IMG/VR virus record: IMGVR_UViG_3300029818_000085
Location: 1-38,228 of that record
Length of the DNA stretch: 38,228 bases
Origin: a virus
Taxonomy: Duplodnaviria; Caudoviricetes
Reading direction: 5' to 3' (one strand)
Part shown: piece after piece, positions 1 to 8,881 of the stretch
Numbering within the stretch: position 1 is the first letter of the stretch
Layout of the letters: every line of letters starts with the position of its first letter
Notes under the pieces: generated by a model
The model's database searches: none
Told to the model about the DNA's origin: nothing
The model's input: the letters and a program-made list of their open reading frames with translations, nothing else
Translations under genes and position numbers: made by a program

Positions 1-819
1 TTAAAACAGCTTTAAATCGTCTTTGGGGTTGCTGAGGTCGTAATTAGCCGTCATCACTTCAATCTTCTTTTTACCCGGTTTGCCAGTGCCGTTGGCCACA
101 CTCACACTTTGCTCCAATTGTTTCATATTCCAGCCGTTTTGCGCGCTGTAATCACTTAATATCTCACTCGGGTAACTTGATAGCAGGAACTTACCTTCGA
201 GGCGCGAGAGCGTCTTTAATAGGTTTTCAAAGTCATCTATCGTGTACCCATCATAATGGCCACAATCACTATTGAAGTATGGCGGGTCGCAATAGTGGAA
301 CGCGTCCTGATGGTCACGGGAGTTAATCACCCGGAGTGCGTCTGTACATTCAATTTGTACGTTCTGCAGTCGGATGGCTAAATCAATCGTAAAACCCTCC
401 CGTTTGCTGGTGATCTTATGACTGGTGGTGCCTTTTATCTTATCATAGCCAAAAGTACCATCCAACATCGAACTGAAGCTTTGAGCGGCCAGAACCCAAA
501 CCGCCCACGCACGCCTTAGTCGATCAAACATGTGCGGGTTATTGTATATCACAGTTGCATCACTATGGAGTGACCTGGAGTGCAGCGTGATCCTGATCAT
601 CTTCTCCAGCTCAACAAACTCATTCTGGACACACTCATAGAAGTTGATAAGCTCACGGTTGTAGTCGTTGATGATTTCTACCTCGCTTTTAGGCTTTGCC
701 CAAAAAATGGCACCACCACCAACAAAGGTTTCAGTATAGGTTGTGTGGTTGGGTATTAATGGTAGTATGGTGTTAACAAGATTCTGCTTGCCACCGTAAT
801 AACTTATAGGCGTCTTCAT
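1..819 (-). CDS. Dam/D12-family N6-adenine DNA methyltransferase
   Basis: N-terminal YYGGK, motif I ETFVGGGA, IIND, catalytic DPPY. Start overlaps the upstream stop (ATGA). Confidence 0.93.
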   Translation of the reverse strand: MKTPISYYGGKQNLVNTILPLIPNHTTYTETFVGGGAIFWAKPKSEVEIINDYNRELINFYECVQNEFVELEKMIRITLHSRSLHSDATVIYNNPHMFDRLRRAWAVWVLAAQSFSSMLDGTFGYDKIKGTTSHKITSKREGFTIDLAIRLQNVQIECTDALRVINSRDHQDAFHYCDPPYFNSDCGHYDGYTIDDFENLLKTLSRLEGKFLLSSYPSEILSDYSAQNGWNMKQLEQSVSVANGTGKPGKKKIEVMTANYDLSNPKDDLKLF

Positions 820-1466
820 ACATTTAAAGAAAATTTAGGCTGTCCGCCGGCAAGAAGTTCAGTTGTCGGAGCTAAGTTGTTCTCATATATATGTACATTG
901 CCCAGGAATACCGTTATCGACTTCAATTGCACATCAATCTGTTTGCTGATCAGGTAAAGGTGATAGATATCTGCCGGCAGTCCGAGGGAAGCATCTGAAC
1001 TCCTTTGGTAAGCACTTATCACCAGTTTGCCGTTCTCTATTTGGAACTGCACAAGGCTTAAACAAGGTTGCTGATTGCTCTCTGCATTGGTTTCTCCCAG
1101 GAACAACACATAGTTTTTAGATGGCCGCTTTTCACGGTTGATCTTTTCGATAAGCTTTGGCAGCTTCTCAAAGTAAGTAGTGTAGCTGTTGACCAATATA
1201 GGGCCGCAATAATCCCACCAAGTAACACCGGCATTTCTATAAGCCTCAGTAGAGCGCTCACCGGCAATAAAAAGATTTAACTCATCCTTGAGCTTCTTTC
1301 TGGCAAGTGCGTGACCTTCAAATATTTCAAGTAGATCAACAGGTTTAAGTACCAGTTGCTGGTTGAGCAAATAAGTAATATCGCCCTTTTTATTCTTTTG
1401 TGTTTTGCCTTTTTCGGCAATTTTTTTAAGTATCCTGTGATACTTATTTTTTTGTAAATTTGTCAT
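816..1466 (-). CDS. Thymidylate synthase-family protein, short and atypical (possible dCMP methylase/hydroxymethylase)
   Basis: QPCLSLVQF (catalytic Cys), YQRSSDASLGLPADI and HIYENN match ThyA motifs. Asp sits at the position of E. coli Asn177. Confidence 0.85.
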   Translation of the reverse strand: MTNLQKNKYHRILKKIAEKGKTQKNKKGDITYLLNQQLVLKPVDLLEIFEGHALARKKLKDELNLFIAGERSTEAYRNAGVTWWDYCGPILVNSYTTYFEKLPKLIEKINREKRPSKNYVLFLGETNAESNQQPCLSLVQFQIENGKLVISAYQRSSDASLGLPADIYHLYLISKQIDVQLKSITVFLGNVHIYENNLAPTTELLAGGQPKFSLNV

Positions 1467-1553
1467 ATCTCACTTAATTAAAAAATCCACTATGGTCTGA
1501 AGGTTTTGGCCTCCGGTGTCCCTAGTGGATTTTAGTATTTAATTGAGTGAGAT
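1467..1553 (-). promoter_or_regulatory. Long leader hairpin ending directly at the ATG of the TS-like gene
   Basis: Inverted repeat 1467-1492 / 1523-1553 (about 25 bp, one mismatch, one 5-nt bulge) around a 30-nt structured loop. Confidence 0.65.
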
Positions 1554-1567
1554 CTTTAAATATGCCG

Positions 1568-1586
1568 GGGGCTTTTTTATAGCCCC
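1568..1586 (-). terminator. Short GC hairpin after the last tail gene (weak terminator or processing stem)
   Basis: GGGGCT-N7-AGCCCC just after the stop at 1593. No clear U-tract follows. Confidence 0.35.
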
Positions 1587-1592
1587 AAATGC

Positions 1593-2114
1593 CTAAGCTT
1601 GAGGCGGCGGTATCTTCGCGTTGTTTAATTCTATTAAACGGGCATAAAACCCTGCTTTAAAGGCAGAAATATTAACAGCCAGCAAAGTATAACTCCCGGT
1701 TGCTGACGCAATATTATGATCCTCTGCAGGACGGTCAAAAATGGCCTGATAAACTAGCACTGCCCCGGGAGTCATTGGAAAATCTCGGCCATCATAGGTA
1801 AATTTTTCATACTGAAGCTGCATTTCTATCTCCCGGGTTTTTTGAACCGATTCAGCTGAAAAAACCTCCGCCTCCGCCTTATCAATTTCTATTTGAGGCA
1901 TAGCCTCAAGTGCCTCGTTTTGAATTCTCAAATGGCAAATGCCATGCTGATAGCTTATAAAATCAACCGCTTGATCGTCTGTAAGCCTGGTTTCTGCAAC
2001 TACTATTGAGCTCTGGTTAAGGCCCAGCTCTGTAAGTTGCTCTATACTTGTGGCCACCAGGTCAAAAACCAACTTAGGCAATGTGTCTATTGTTCTTGCT
2101 TTATAATAATTCAT
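1593..2114 (-). CDS. Putative tail fibre assembly protein
   Basis: Directly after the tail fibre gene. The C-terminal FTYDGRDF...YTL segment resembles fibre-chaperone (DUF4376-like) domains. Confidence 0.45.
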   Translation of the reverse strand: MNYYKARTIDTLPKLVFDLVATSIEQLTELGLNQSSIVVAETRLTDDQAVDFISYQHGICHLRIQNEALEAMPQIEIDKAEAEVFSAESVQKTREIEMQLQYEKFTYDGRDFPMTPGAVLVYQAIFDRPAEDHNIASATGSYTLLAVNISAFKAGFYARLIELNNAKIPPPQA

Positions 2115-2123
2115 AGCTTTAGA

Positions 2124-2822
2124 TTATCCTCCTAGCAGCTGTGCCGCAGACGGTATTAATAAATATTCAAAAAACACCAAGGTCAACAGGCTTTCAACAT
2201 TGGTTATGCGAAGCTTAAACCCGGTTGTCGTTTTGTCATAGATTTCATAGTTAAACGCCGGCTGGGTTGTTACGCCCGCTCTGTAAAAGCTGGATAAAAC
2301 CATATAATTTGTAGAACCTATTGATGGAAAGCTTATCGGCACAACAGTGCCGCCTAGATCGTTCCACCCGGGGGCTATGGTGCCCAAATAAACCACTCCT
2401 TGATTTAACGCGTTTATAAGCTTTGGCTTAGGCTTTAACAACGACAAATTGTGCACGCTTTCTGCCTCAACAATATTACCCACCTGTGCCCATCTACGGG
2501 TATATGCCGGGTGATCTTCCAGCTGTGGGTCTAAACTTGTGCCCACGTTAAAAGTGCGGTCTTGGATCTCCTCAATAATCGAAAACTGAGCGGTGCTGTT
2601 TACCCCGCCCTTAAAGGGCAGCAGCTCTTTGTTCCAGATAATAAAACCATCTGTTATAGTTGCCGGGTCTGCCTGGTTGTTTTCAACACAGCCCCAAAGC
2701 CGGCAATTATTAGGCATTATCTGCCCTAAGGCGTGAATGTAGGGAATGGTGAAGTCCTGAAGCTCCTTGAGCGTCAAACTGTCAAAAGGGAATCCCCTCG
2801 GGGTATATTCAATTTTATTCAT
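2124..2822 (-). CDS. Tail fibre / baseplate-attached receptor-binding protein
   Basis: Likely start MNKIEYTPRGFPF at 2822, overlapping the upstream stop. Follows the baseplate J/I-like genes and has a beta-rich C-terminal domain. Confidence 0.6.
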   Translation of the reverse strand: MNKIEYTPRGFPFDSLTLKELQDFTIPYIHALGQIMPNNCRLWGCVENNQADPATITDGFIIWNKELLPFKGGVNSTAQFSIIEEIQDRTFNVGTSLDPQLEDHPAYTRRWAQVGNIVEAESVHNLSLLKPKPKLINALNQGVVYLGTIAPGWNDLGGTVVPISFPSIGSTNYMVLSSFYRAGVTTQPAFNYEIYDKTTTGFKLRITNVESLLTLVFFEYLLIPSAAQLLGG

Positions 2823-3327
2823 AATACAGTATTTGATAGTTAGGCCCGTAGGTTTTATAATAGTCCACAAGGGCGCGCATATTTTCTTCAAATGTTTGCT
2901 GCTCCTCCTCGGTTGCCGGCTGCAAAGCAATTGGCACCCAAATGATGGCGTCTGCATTCAGCTGCCCGGCATCTTCTTCTATCAAGTAAATAGGCTCATC
3001 CGGGTCGGCGTCTATTTCCTGGAGGTGGTGATCCTCCTCGTCTGGAGGGAAGAGGTACAAGTATTCGTCAAAACTCACAAGAGTCACATAGATGCGCCTC
3101 ATGTCATTATCAAAAGCATCATTACATAGCTTTTCAATGTGTGTTACCATTGCGGTGTGTCGTTGTTGGTAAAGCCCCTTTTCACGAGCTTCAAGAAAAC
3201 GCGTATGTAGGTGCTCAAGTGCAACAAAAATGCTGTCCAACCAAGCCAGATACAGTACCGTGCGTAAGGCAATGGGGATGTATTGCCTTACAAAAATGAG
3301 CCAATTAATTTGATACACATTATCCAT
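2815..3327 (-). CDS. Baseplate wedge protein (gpI/Mu gp48-like)
   Basis: Likely start MDNVYQINW at 3327. Position after the J-like gene; ends YYKTYGPNYQILYYE. Confidence 0.6.
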   Translation of the reverse strand: MDNVYQINWLIFVRQYIPIALRTVLYLAWLDSIFVALEHLHTRFLEAREKGLYQQRHTAMVTHIEKLCNDAFDNDMRRIYVTLVSFDEYLYLFPPDEEDHHLQEIDADPDEPIYLIEEDAGQLNADAIIWVPIALQPATEEEQQTFEENMRALVDYYKTYGPNYQILYYE

Positions 3328-4210
3328 AAGGCACATATTCAAATGTTGAATTGTCAACATCCAGCCTCATATAGCCGGCAAATGTTGAACGTATTTCTTC
3401 AATGAGCCCTGCAGATAGACTGCTTTCCATATTTTGAGTAAATGAGCTCCAACTGCTCTCTGCACTAATAATTTTAGGTATTTTTACTCCCGGCACTTGC
3501 TGCAGTGCATCGGTCAAATAGGTCTTGACAAATGAACCATTAAACTCGATGTTGCGCAAATAGTCGTTGATGGCATCTATAACTGGGGTATCATTGGTGC
3601 CGTCTTTACGGCGGCCTTGACTGTCTAAAATTTGTGGGTCATACCATATTTTAAGCGACAATTGCAGCCTGTCATGCTCCCGGCTTATGCTCACCACACG
3701 AAGACCAAAGGCTGTTTTTTTGTTCATGTAGTAATCAAATCCTTCCAGTTCTTGCGGAGTGAGTTTTACAAGCTCACCACCTTGATCCTTGGCGGTTTTA
3801 CATCTTAATACACCGTGACCTTGTATAATCGCTTTTTCAAAAGCGACTTGAGTTACAATTTTGCTGGCCTTAATTTGCTCCTCTGTGGCAGACCCGTTGA
3901 TGTAATCGCCATCTTCATCAATGCTAAAGCCGTGTTGATAGGCCAATGCTACTGCCTTGTACCACTTAAGTGTAAAGGGCTTACTGGCATCTATCTTTTC
4001 TTGTATTTCTTGCCGAAAAACATCAAAAAGACTCTCCAGCACCCAAACAGCAAAGGCCACAGAGTCAAACAAGATGCTCTCGATGCTCACAAGGCTAAAT
4101 TGATCCTCAAACGACTGACCCGGAGCAAGTTCATAAAGCTGCTGCACGGTTTCATTTTCAATAAATGCCGTGGTCATTTGTGCTTTTATTTCATTAAGTG
4201 GTCGTGCCAT
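3320..4210 (-). CDS. Baseplate wedge protein (gpJ/Mu gp47-like)
   Basis: MAR...EIK start, WYKAVALAYQHG and AINDYLRNIEFNG...LTDALQQVPGV, typical of baseplate J-like proteins. Confidence 0.7.
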   Translation of the reverse strand: MARPLNEIKAQMTTAFIENETVQQLYELAPGQSFEDQFSLVSIESILFDSVAFAVWVLESLFDVFRQEIQEKIDASKPFTLKWYKAVALAYQHGFSIDEDGDYINGSATEEQIKASKIVTQVAFEKAIIQGHGVLRCKTAKDQGGELVKLTPQELEGFDYYMNKKTAFGLRVVSISREHDRLQLSLKIWYDPQILDSQGRRKDGTNDTPVIDAINDYLRNIEFNGSFVKTYLTDALQQVPGVKIPKIISAESSWSSFTQNMESSLSAGLIEEIRSTFAGYMRLDVDNSTFEYVPYG

Positions 4211-4246
4211 ATCTCAACCCCCGCACTTGATGCGGGGTCTCGTTAA

Positions 4247-4519
4247 TTAATTATCGTTTTTATCTTTATAAAACATCACTTCACCCTCAAGCGACTTGTT
4301 GAAAATTCTCAGTTTTTTATTTTCCTGCTCTGCGGCAATGCGTTTGTCTTTTTCGTCCTCCTTGAGCACAAAGTTCCAGGCGGCCACGCCACTGGTTGAA
4401 AGGATGCCGGTGATCCATAGCACCTGTTCATTGTCAATTTTGCCCATTATCCAGCCCAGCACTATCGCAATGATTATCAAGGCAAGAGTAATTGTTAAAA
4501 TGGTTTGTTTTGGTTTCAT
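4247..4519 (-). CDS. Small membrane protein, possible holin/antiholin
   Basis: Two hydrophobic segments followed by a charged C-terminal tail. Confidence 0.4.
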   Translation of the reverse strand: MKPKQTILTITLALIIIAIVLGWIMGKIDNEQVLWITGILSTSGVAAWNFVLKEDEKDKRIAAEQENKKLRIFNKSLEGEVMFYKDKNDN

Positions 4520-4520
4520 A

Positions 4521-5048
4521 CTATGTGATTAAATATATTTTGGAAGCATTTCCTCCGGTAGCCTCATCGGGTATTTGAAATCGAACCCTTGCGACTTCAA
4601 TCCAACCTGTTTGACTACCACCAATTTGTGATGCCTCTACCTCGACTCTTAAAGCAGAGTAGTCAGAAATGCTTTCAGTAATTATTAAATTTAAGCTTAC
4701 CCAAATAAGGAAGTTTGTAGGTGGAAATACAGTAGGTGCTGCTTGTATAACACTATTAGTGGAGTCTAACAACCTAACATCAAATGACATTTCAGAATGA
4801 CTACCGCCTCCGGAAGTATTTACTCGCCATCTAACATTCAAAGTTCTTGTTCCTGTTTGTGGAGTGGCACCTGATGATAAACCAAATATTGCTTTTGAGT
4901 TCCGAGGGTTGTTTTGAGCCCTCACAAAGTCTGATTCGTCTGTGGTTACTTCATCAATATTTTGATACAAATTGCCTTCATTATTAATTGGGCTCCCGCT
5001 CCAGGCTCCTGTGTTCACATCGGTATTTGGATAAAGAAACTGCGCCAT
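4521..5048 (-). CDS. Putative virion appendage protein (beta-sandwich)
   Basis: 175 aa, S/T/G/N-rich, inside the fibre-like cassette of the tail operon. Confidence 0.4.
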   Translation of the reverse strand: MAQFLYPNTDVNTGAWSGSPINNEGNLYQNIDEVTTDESDFVRAQNNPRNSKAIFGLSSGATPQTGTRTLNVRWRVNTSGGGSHSEMSFDVRLLDSTNSVIQAAPTVFPPTNFLIWVSLNLIITESISDYSALRVEVEASQIGGSQTGWIEVARVRFQIPDEATGGNASKIYLIT

Positions 5049-5050
5049 AA

Positions 5051-5452
5051 CTATAAATTTTCAGTAAAAAAGACCGTTAAATGCATTTGGTTTACCGTTC
5101 CGGAAAATCCTGTTTTTTGCACAAGCCACACCCAGCTGTTAGCAGGGATAGAGGCATTGTTAAAACTGGTAATAATATTACCGGAAGTTGTACTGTTCAG
5201 TGTCATATCTGCAGTTGTCAATTTGGTGCCTGTTGCGTCTCGGGTGGCTGCATAATGAATATTAAAATCAAGACTGGGCGATGCACTACCCATCAACACC
5301 CCGGCAACTTTTTGTATGGTTATTGCTTTTTCTGTAAAAAACAAGGTCATATCAATTTGTTCAGGCATCTCCACAATGGTCACGCTCTTGGTTTGCCTTG
5401 TGAGTACCTGTTCGCCCAGTACGCTAAGTTTGCTTTTAAAATCTCTAGCCAT
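5051..5452 (-). CDS. Putative virion appendage protein
   Basis: 133 aa, beta-rich, tightly coupled to the fibre-like gene. Confidence 0.4.
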   Translation of the reverse strand: MARDFKSKLSVLGEQVLTRQTKSVTIVEMPEQIDMTLFFTEKAITIQKVAGVLMGSASPSLDFNIHYAATRDATGTKLTTADMTLNSTTSGNIITSFNNASIPANSWVWLVQKTGFSGTVNQMHLTVFFTENL

Positions 5453-5453
5453 T

Positions 5454-6746
5454 TTATCCTATTATTATTACCCTAAATTCCGCTGGACCCGGGGCTGTAT
5501 TAAAAGTAAATGTTGTTTGTGTGCTTGAAAGATTTTCAACTTCACAATCAACAAGCTCTCCTGTCGAGGCATCAAAAACCTGTGACAGAACGTGTTGAGA
5601 GCCTAAGTTGTGGGTTACTGTTATAGCCGTTGCAACGGTATCACCAATAGTGGTTGTGTACTTATTGGTTGTACCAAATCCGGCATTGTTTAATTTAGTC
5701 TGAAGGGTTGCAGGCGTTACAGCTCTCACGGCATCAGTACCAGTGTTTACTTCTGTTTGTGTGGCAATTTCAATAATACCCTTTGCAGTTGTTGATGCAT
5801 CTACAATTTCAGGTATGTTTTTATTCACCCTTGACCAGTGGCTTAACTGAGTAGGATTGTCTTGATTGGCTATGATAATATCGCCCACTTGCACATCCTC
5901 TGTAAAGAATGTTCCTGCGGCTGAGATTACATAAGTATCACCTATTTGCACTCCACTTGGTGTTGTGTCAAGGTCGGGTGTGTTGGTCCCGGCATTATAA
6001 CTGCCCTTAAAGTTCATCCCTCCTGCAACAGCAGCGGAAACTTGTGCTTGAACATAAGCAACAATACTTTGTTGACTGGCAACTTTAGTAGCATCATTTG
6101 AAGCCATATTGTCTTCATCGAGAAAGTAGCCATTACCTACCAAGGATGTGTCGGCATTCATTGTTGCTCCGGCTGCATCAACATTAGCAGCATCAGTCAC
6201 ATCAGCTCCATCTTCAACATTTATCATTGTTCTTACCTGAGCCGGCGTTAAATCTTGAGGATCACCGGTAGAACTAATCCTACCTTTAACGGTGTTTGCT
6301 GCCATATTGGCAAGCTTAGCATTGGTAACAGCGTCATTAGCAATAGTGGTAGCCCCGTCACCGGAAGAAGTCACATCCCCTGTGTGATTAGGGTGGGTAT
6401 AATTGTTTGCGCCTGTTGCAATGCCGTCGAGTTTTGTTTTGTCTGCGGCTGTTAAAACACCTGCAAGGGCTCCTGTAGCAGCCGGTAAAATAGCATTGTT
6501 GCCCGTGCTTGATATAACAGTTACCGTTGAACCGTCTCTTGAGAATGATAAATCTGTACTTCCTGAGCCTTGAGACCCTAAATTAAGCCACGCTGCCCCT
6601 GTCCAACCCCTAAAGGTTTCAAGTGTAGAGTCATAATAGACCTGACCCAATGTAGGTGAGATTGGAGCTGATGCAAGCACTTGTAGTGCTACATTTAAAA
6701 TTTGATTTTTGTTAAAATCATACGATGTTAAAATTTTCTTTGCCAT
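5454..6746 (-). CDS. Tail fibre-like protein
   Basis: 430 aa, T/A/G/D-rich. Fibre motifs ADKTKLDGIATGANNYTHP, ASTTAKGIIEIATQTEV and AVTPATL. C-terminal HNLG domain. Confidence 0.7.
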   Translation of the reverse strand: MAKKILTSYDFNKNQILNVALQVLASAPISPTLGQVYYDSTLETFRGWTGAAWLNLGSQGSGSTDLSFSRDGSTVTVISSTGNNAILPAATGALAGVLTAADKTKLDGIATGANNYTHPNHTGDVTSSGDGATTIANDAVTNAKLANMAANTVKGRISSTGDPQDLTPAQVRTMINVEDGADVTDAANVDAAGATMNADTSLVGNGYFLDEDNMASNDATKVASQQSIVAYVQAQVSAAVAGGMNFKGSYNAGTNTPDLDTTPSGVQIGDTYVISAAGTFFTEDVQVGDIIIANQDNPTQLSHWSRVNKNIPEIVDASTTAKGIIEIATQTEVNTGTDAVRAVTPATLQTKLNNAGFGTTNKYTTTIGDTVATAITVTHNLGSQHVLSQVFDASTGELVDCEVENLSSTQTTFTFNTAPGPAEFRVIIIG

Positions 6747-6750
6747 AGTT

Positions 6751-7059
6751 TTAATTTAAAAAAGCTTTGCCGGAAAAGGCTGCGCTAAATGTTATTATTA
6801 AATTATTGTTGTTTGTATAAGTCACAAGGCCCTCAGCTTCTTCATTGGCGCTATCAACTACAGTGACAGAAGCATACTTCCCTAAGTTGTGTGCAATATT
6901 CCAAACACTTGCCGGGGTGGGCTGGTTAAATACAAATGTTTTATCGGCACCACCGGCACCTGTTGAAAACTCTTCTTCAATAGCATCCCAATTAGCATCC
7001 ACCTCTTGACTTGTGAGCTTTCTATTATAGTTGCGCCTTTTATAAAGTTCTAAAGCCAT
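6751..7059 (-). CDS. Small structural protein with HNLG domain
   Basis: WNIAHNLGKYASVTVVD...ITFSAAFSGKAFLN resembles the C-terminus of the 430-aa neighbour. Confidence 0.5.
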   Translation of the reverse strand: MALELYKRRNYNRKLTSQEVDANWDAIEEEFSTGAGGADKTFVFNQPTPASVWNIAHNLGKYASVTVVDSANEEAEGLVTYTNNNNLIITFSAAFSGKAFLN

Positions 7060-7608
7060 TTATTCCCAATAATTAAATTCTACATAATCGCATACTGTAT
7101 AAATACACCCTTCGTTTGCTCCCGTTGCAGGCCGAAGGTTTCGATTTTGATAATAAACCAAAACCACATGATTGATTTGTTTTGTTTTTTTATAAATACC
7201 ACCAACCTCAGGGGAGTCTGTTATGCTAATATTATTTTTAACAGCAAAATCCATAACCCCCTGTACACCACCACTGCTTTGTATGGCTAAATCCATAAAA
7301 TTCTGACCTTCAATTGGAGTGAGCTGTATCTTGTTATCTCTGCTTTGTGATAAAACAACCGGCAGTTGCTGTGCTTCTATATATCCCAATTCTGTCGGGT
7401 AGCCGGTGGATGGGCTACTGCTTGTTTGGTAAAAAGTAACAATATCAATGTCTAAAATTGCCCCACAGCTCACTTCTTGACCGGGAGTAAGAGATTCTGT
7501 TATGCTCACAGCGTTAGCAATTGCAAGAGCAACAACACCTCTCACATTACCCGTGGTAGTGAGGGCTATATCCATCAATGTTTGGTGTTGTATCGCTTTA
7601 GCTTTCAT
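7060..7608 (-). CDS. Baseplate protein with two LysM-like repeats (gpX-like)
   Basis: Internal duplication QTLMDIALTTTG...ALAIANAVSITE / QNFMDLAIQSSG...DFAVKNNISITD. Confidence 0.65.
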   Translation of the reverse strand: MKAKAIQHQTLMDIALTTTGNVRGVVALAIANAVSITESLTPGQEVSCGAILDIDIVTFYQTSSSPSTGYPTELGYIEAQQLPVVLSQSRDNKIQLTPIEGQNFMDLAIQSSGGVQGVMDFAVKNNISITDSPEVGGIYKKTKQINHVVLVYYQNRNLRPATGANEGCIYTVCDYVEFNYWE

Positions 7609-7924
7609 TTTCTTTTATGCGTTTTCGCAGTTCCGTATTGTCAGATTTTAGCATTTTCACCTTCCTATTTAAAAGAGTGATTTCGTCTTCCAAAACTCTC
7701 ACCTTACGGTCATACATCGTGACTATTTCTACAAACTTTTTTTCATAGCGCACTTCTAAATCGTCCAATTGCTTCTTATAGGCATCGGCCAGTGAGATTT
7801 CATTTTGTATCACTTTGGCGCGGGTGTCTTCTTTTTGGCTTTTTTTGTTAAAAATCCACTCTACCAGTTTTGTTAAAAATGCTCCCAGTGCCGCACTTAC
7901 TACAAGCCACAATTCTAAAATCAT
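7598..7924 (-). CDS. Membrane-anchored coiled-coil protein, possible holin
   Basis: One N-terminal TM helix followed by a long charged coiled coil. Confidence 0.45.
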   Translation of the reverse strand: MILELWLVVSAALGAFLTKLVEWIFNKKSQKEDTRAKVIQNEISLADAYKKQLDDLEVRYEKKFVEIVTMYDRKVRVLEDEITLLNRKVKMLKSDNTELRKRIKENES

Positions 7925-8196
7925 CTTAATTTGATTTGGTTTTTAATTTTGTCATAATCCAAGCGGTCCCTTTGCAAGGTTAACTTTACGCGCTGTTGTA
8001 TTTTTCTTTTATCAGTATTGCTCTTGATCATACGAACCAGTCCGGCACCTATTATGGGGTCGCTTTTTAGCTCACCGGGGTTCATTCGCAGCAGGAGCGA
8101 TACTTCCTGCATTTCACTTTCGCCAATGGCCATCGTGCCGTTTTTGATAACTATGTTATCGTTGCTGTCGATTAATATGCCTTTTCTATTTCTCAT
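7921..8196 (-). CDS. Baseplate protein (gp25/gpW/Mu gp46-like)
   Basis: PGELKSDPIIGAGL resembles the gp25-family PGE..P.G motif; consistent position. Confidence 0.65.
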   Translation of the reverse strand: MRNRKGILIDSNDNIVIKNGTMAIGESEMQEVSLLLRMNPGELKSDPIIGAGLVRMIKSNTDKRKIQQRVKLTLQRDRLDYDKIKNQIKLR

Positions 8197-8402
8197 TATT
8201 GTATTACTCCAGTTCCAGTCACAGGGCCACCACTAGCGCTCGTTCCTGTTACCAATGTTTGACGGCCAATCACAAACTGCGCAACAGCCGCCGCAATGGC
8301 ATTGGCCTGTTGCTGTCTGGCAACTGCCGGGTCAATTTCTACCTGGCTGACATTATCTAATGCCTGCTTAATCAATAAAGCTAGCTGTGCCTGGTCTATC
8401 AT
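8196..8402 (-). CDS. Small baseplate-region protein (possible spike tip)
   Basis: 68 aa, coupled to the spike gene, with a G/T-rich C-terminus. Confidence 0.4.
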   Translation of the reverse strand: MIDQAQLALLIKQALDNVSQVEIDPAVARQQQANAIAAAVAQFVIGRQTLVTGTSASGGPVTGTGVIQ

Positions 8403-8881
8403 GCTGTTAATACAGTATTTAATCGTTGTTTAATTGCCGTTACAGCGCCCACGTTTATCGTGGTACCGTTGACGACTATTATTTTGTTCACTTCGTCAAT
8501 GAAGTCGTTCAATATGTTTTTGAGGCTTTCATTGCCTTTTTTGACAATGTACCCCTGCTCTTTGATGGTGAACTCGCTCGCGCCGCTTTTATAAATGAGT
8601 TCCTCAACTGTTTCAGCATCTACCAATATGGCGGCACTTTCTTGTTTTTCAAGTATGCCAAGCAACACTTTGCTGCCCACTGCAGGGCGTCTGTAAAGGT
8701 TGCCAAGACCAAGCTTCACTTTAAAGTAATCCAGCCCGTCCACTTGTCCGGTGGCTGTCATTGTTTTGGCAGACCAATCCACACTTTTTACAGTTGCCCA
8801 CACCAAGGCCGCCGGTAATAGCTCCCGGTTTTTTTTCTCCCGGACACTCAATGTCTCTGCAAATTTGTCTATCTCGTTCAT
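8399..8881 (-). CDS. Baseplate spike protein (gpV/Mu gp45-like)
   Basis: OB-fold-like N-terminus with PAVGSKVLLG; follows the hub gene. Confidence 0.7.
   Translation of the reverse strand: MNEIDKFAETLSVREKKNRELLPAALVWATVKSVDWSAKTMTATGQVDGLDYFKVKLGLGNLYRRPAVGSKVLLGILEKQESAAILVDAETVEELIYKSGASEFTIKEQGYIVKKGNESLKNILNDFIDEVNKIIVVNGTTINVGAVTAIKQRLNTVLTA

Noticed and set aside
816-1466. Calling the gene canonical thyA
   Set aside because: It is truncated, has Asp at the Asn177 position and has altered phosphate-binding arginines, so the symbol is withheld.
1593-7059. Mu G-segment-type invertible tail fibre region or DGR VR in tail genes
   Set aside because: No invertase, all genes are co-oriented, and no SAPSGFS/GSRLC motif appears in any tail translation. 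A computational TR search would confirm this.
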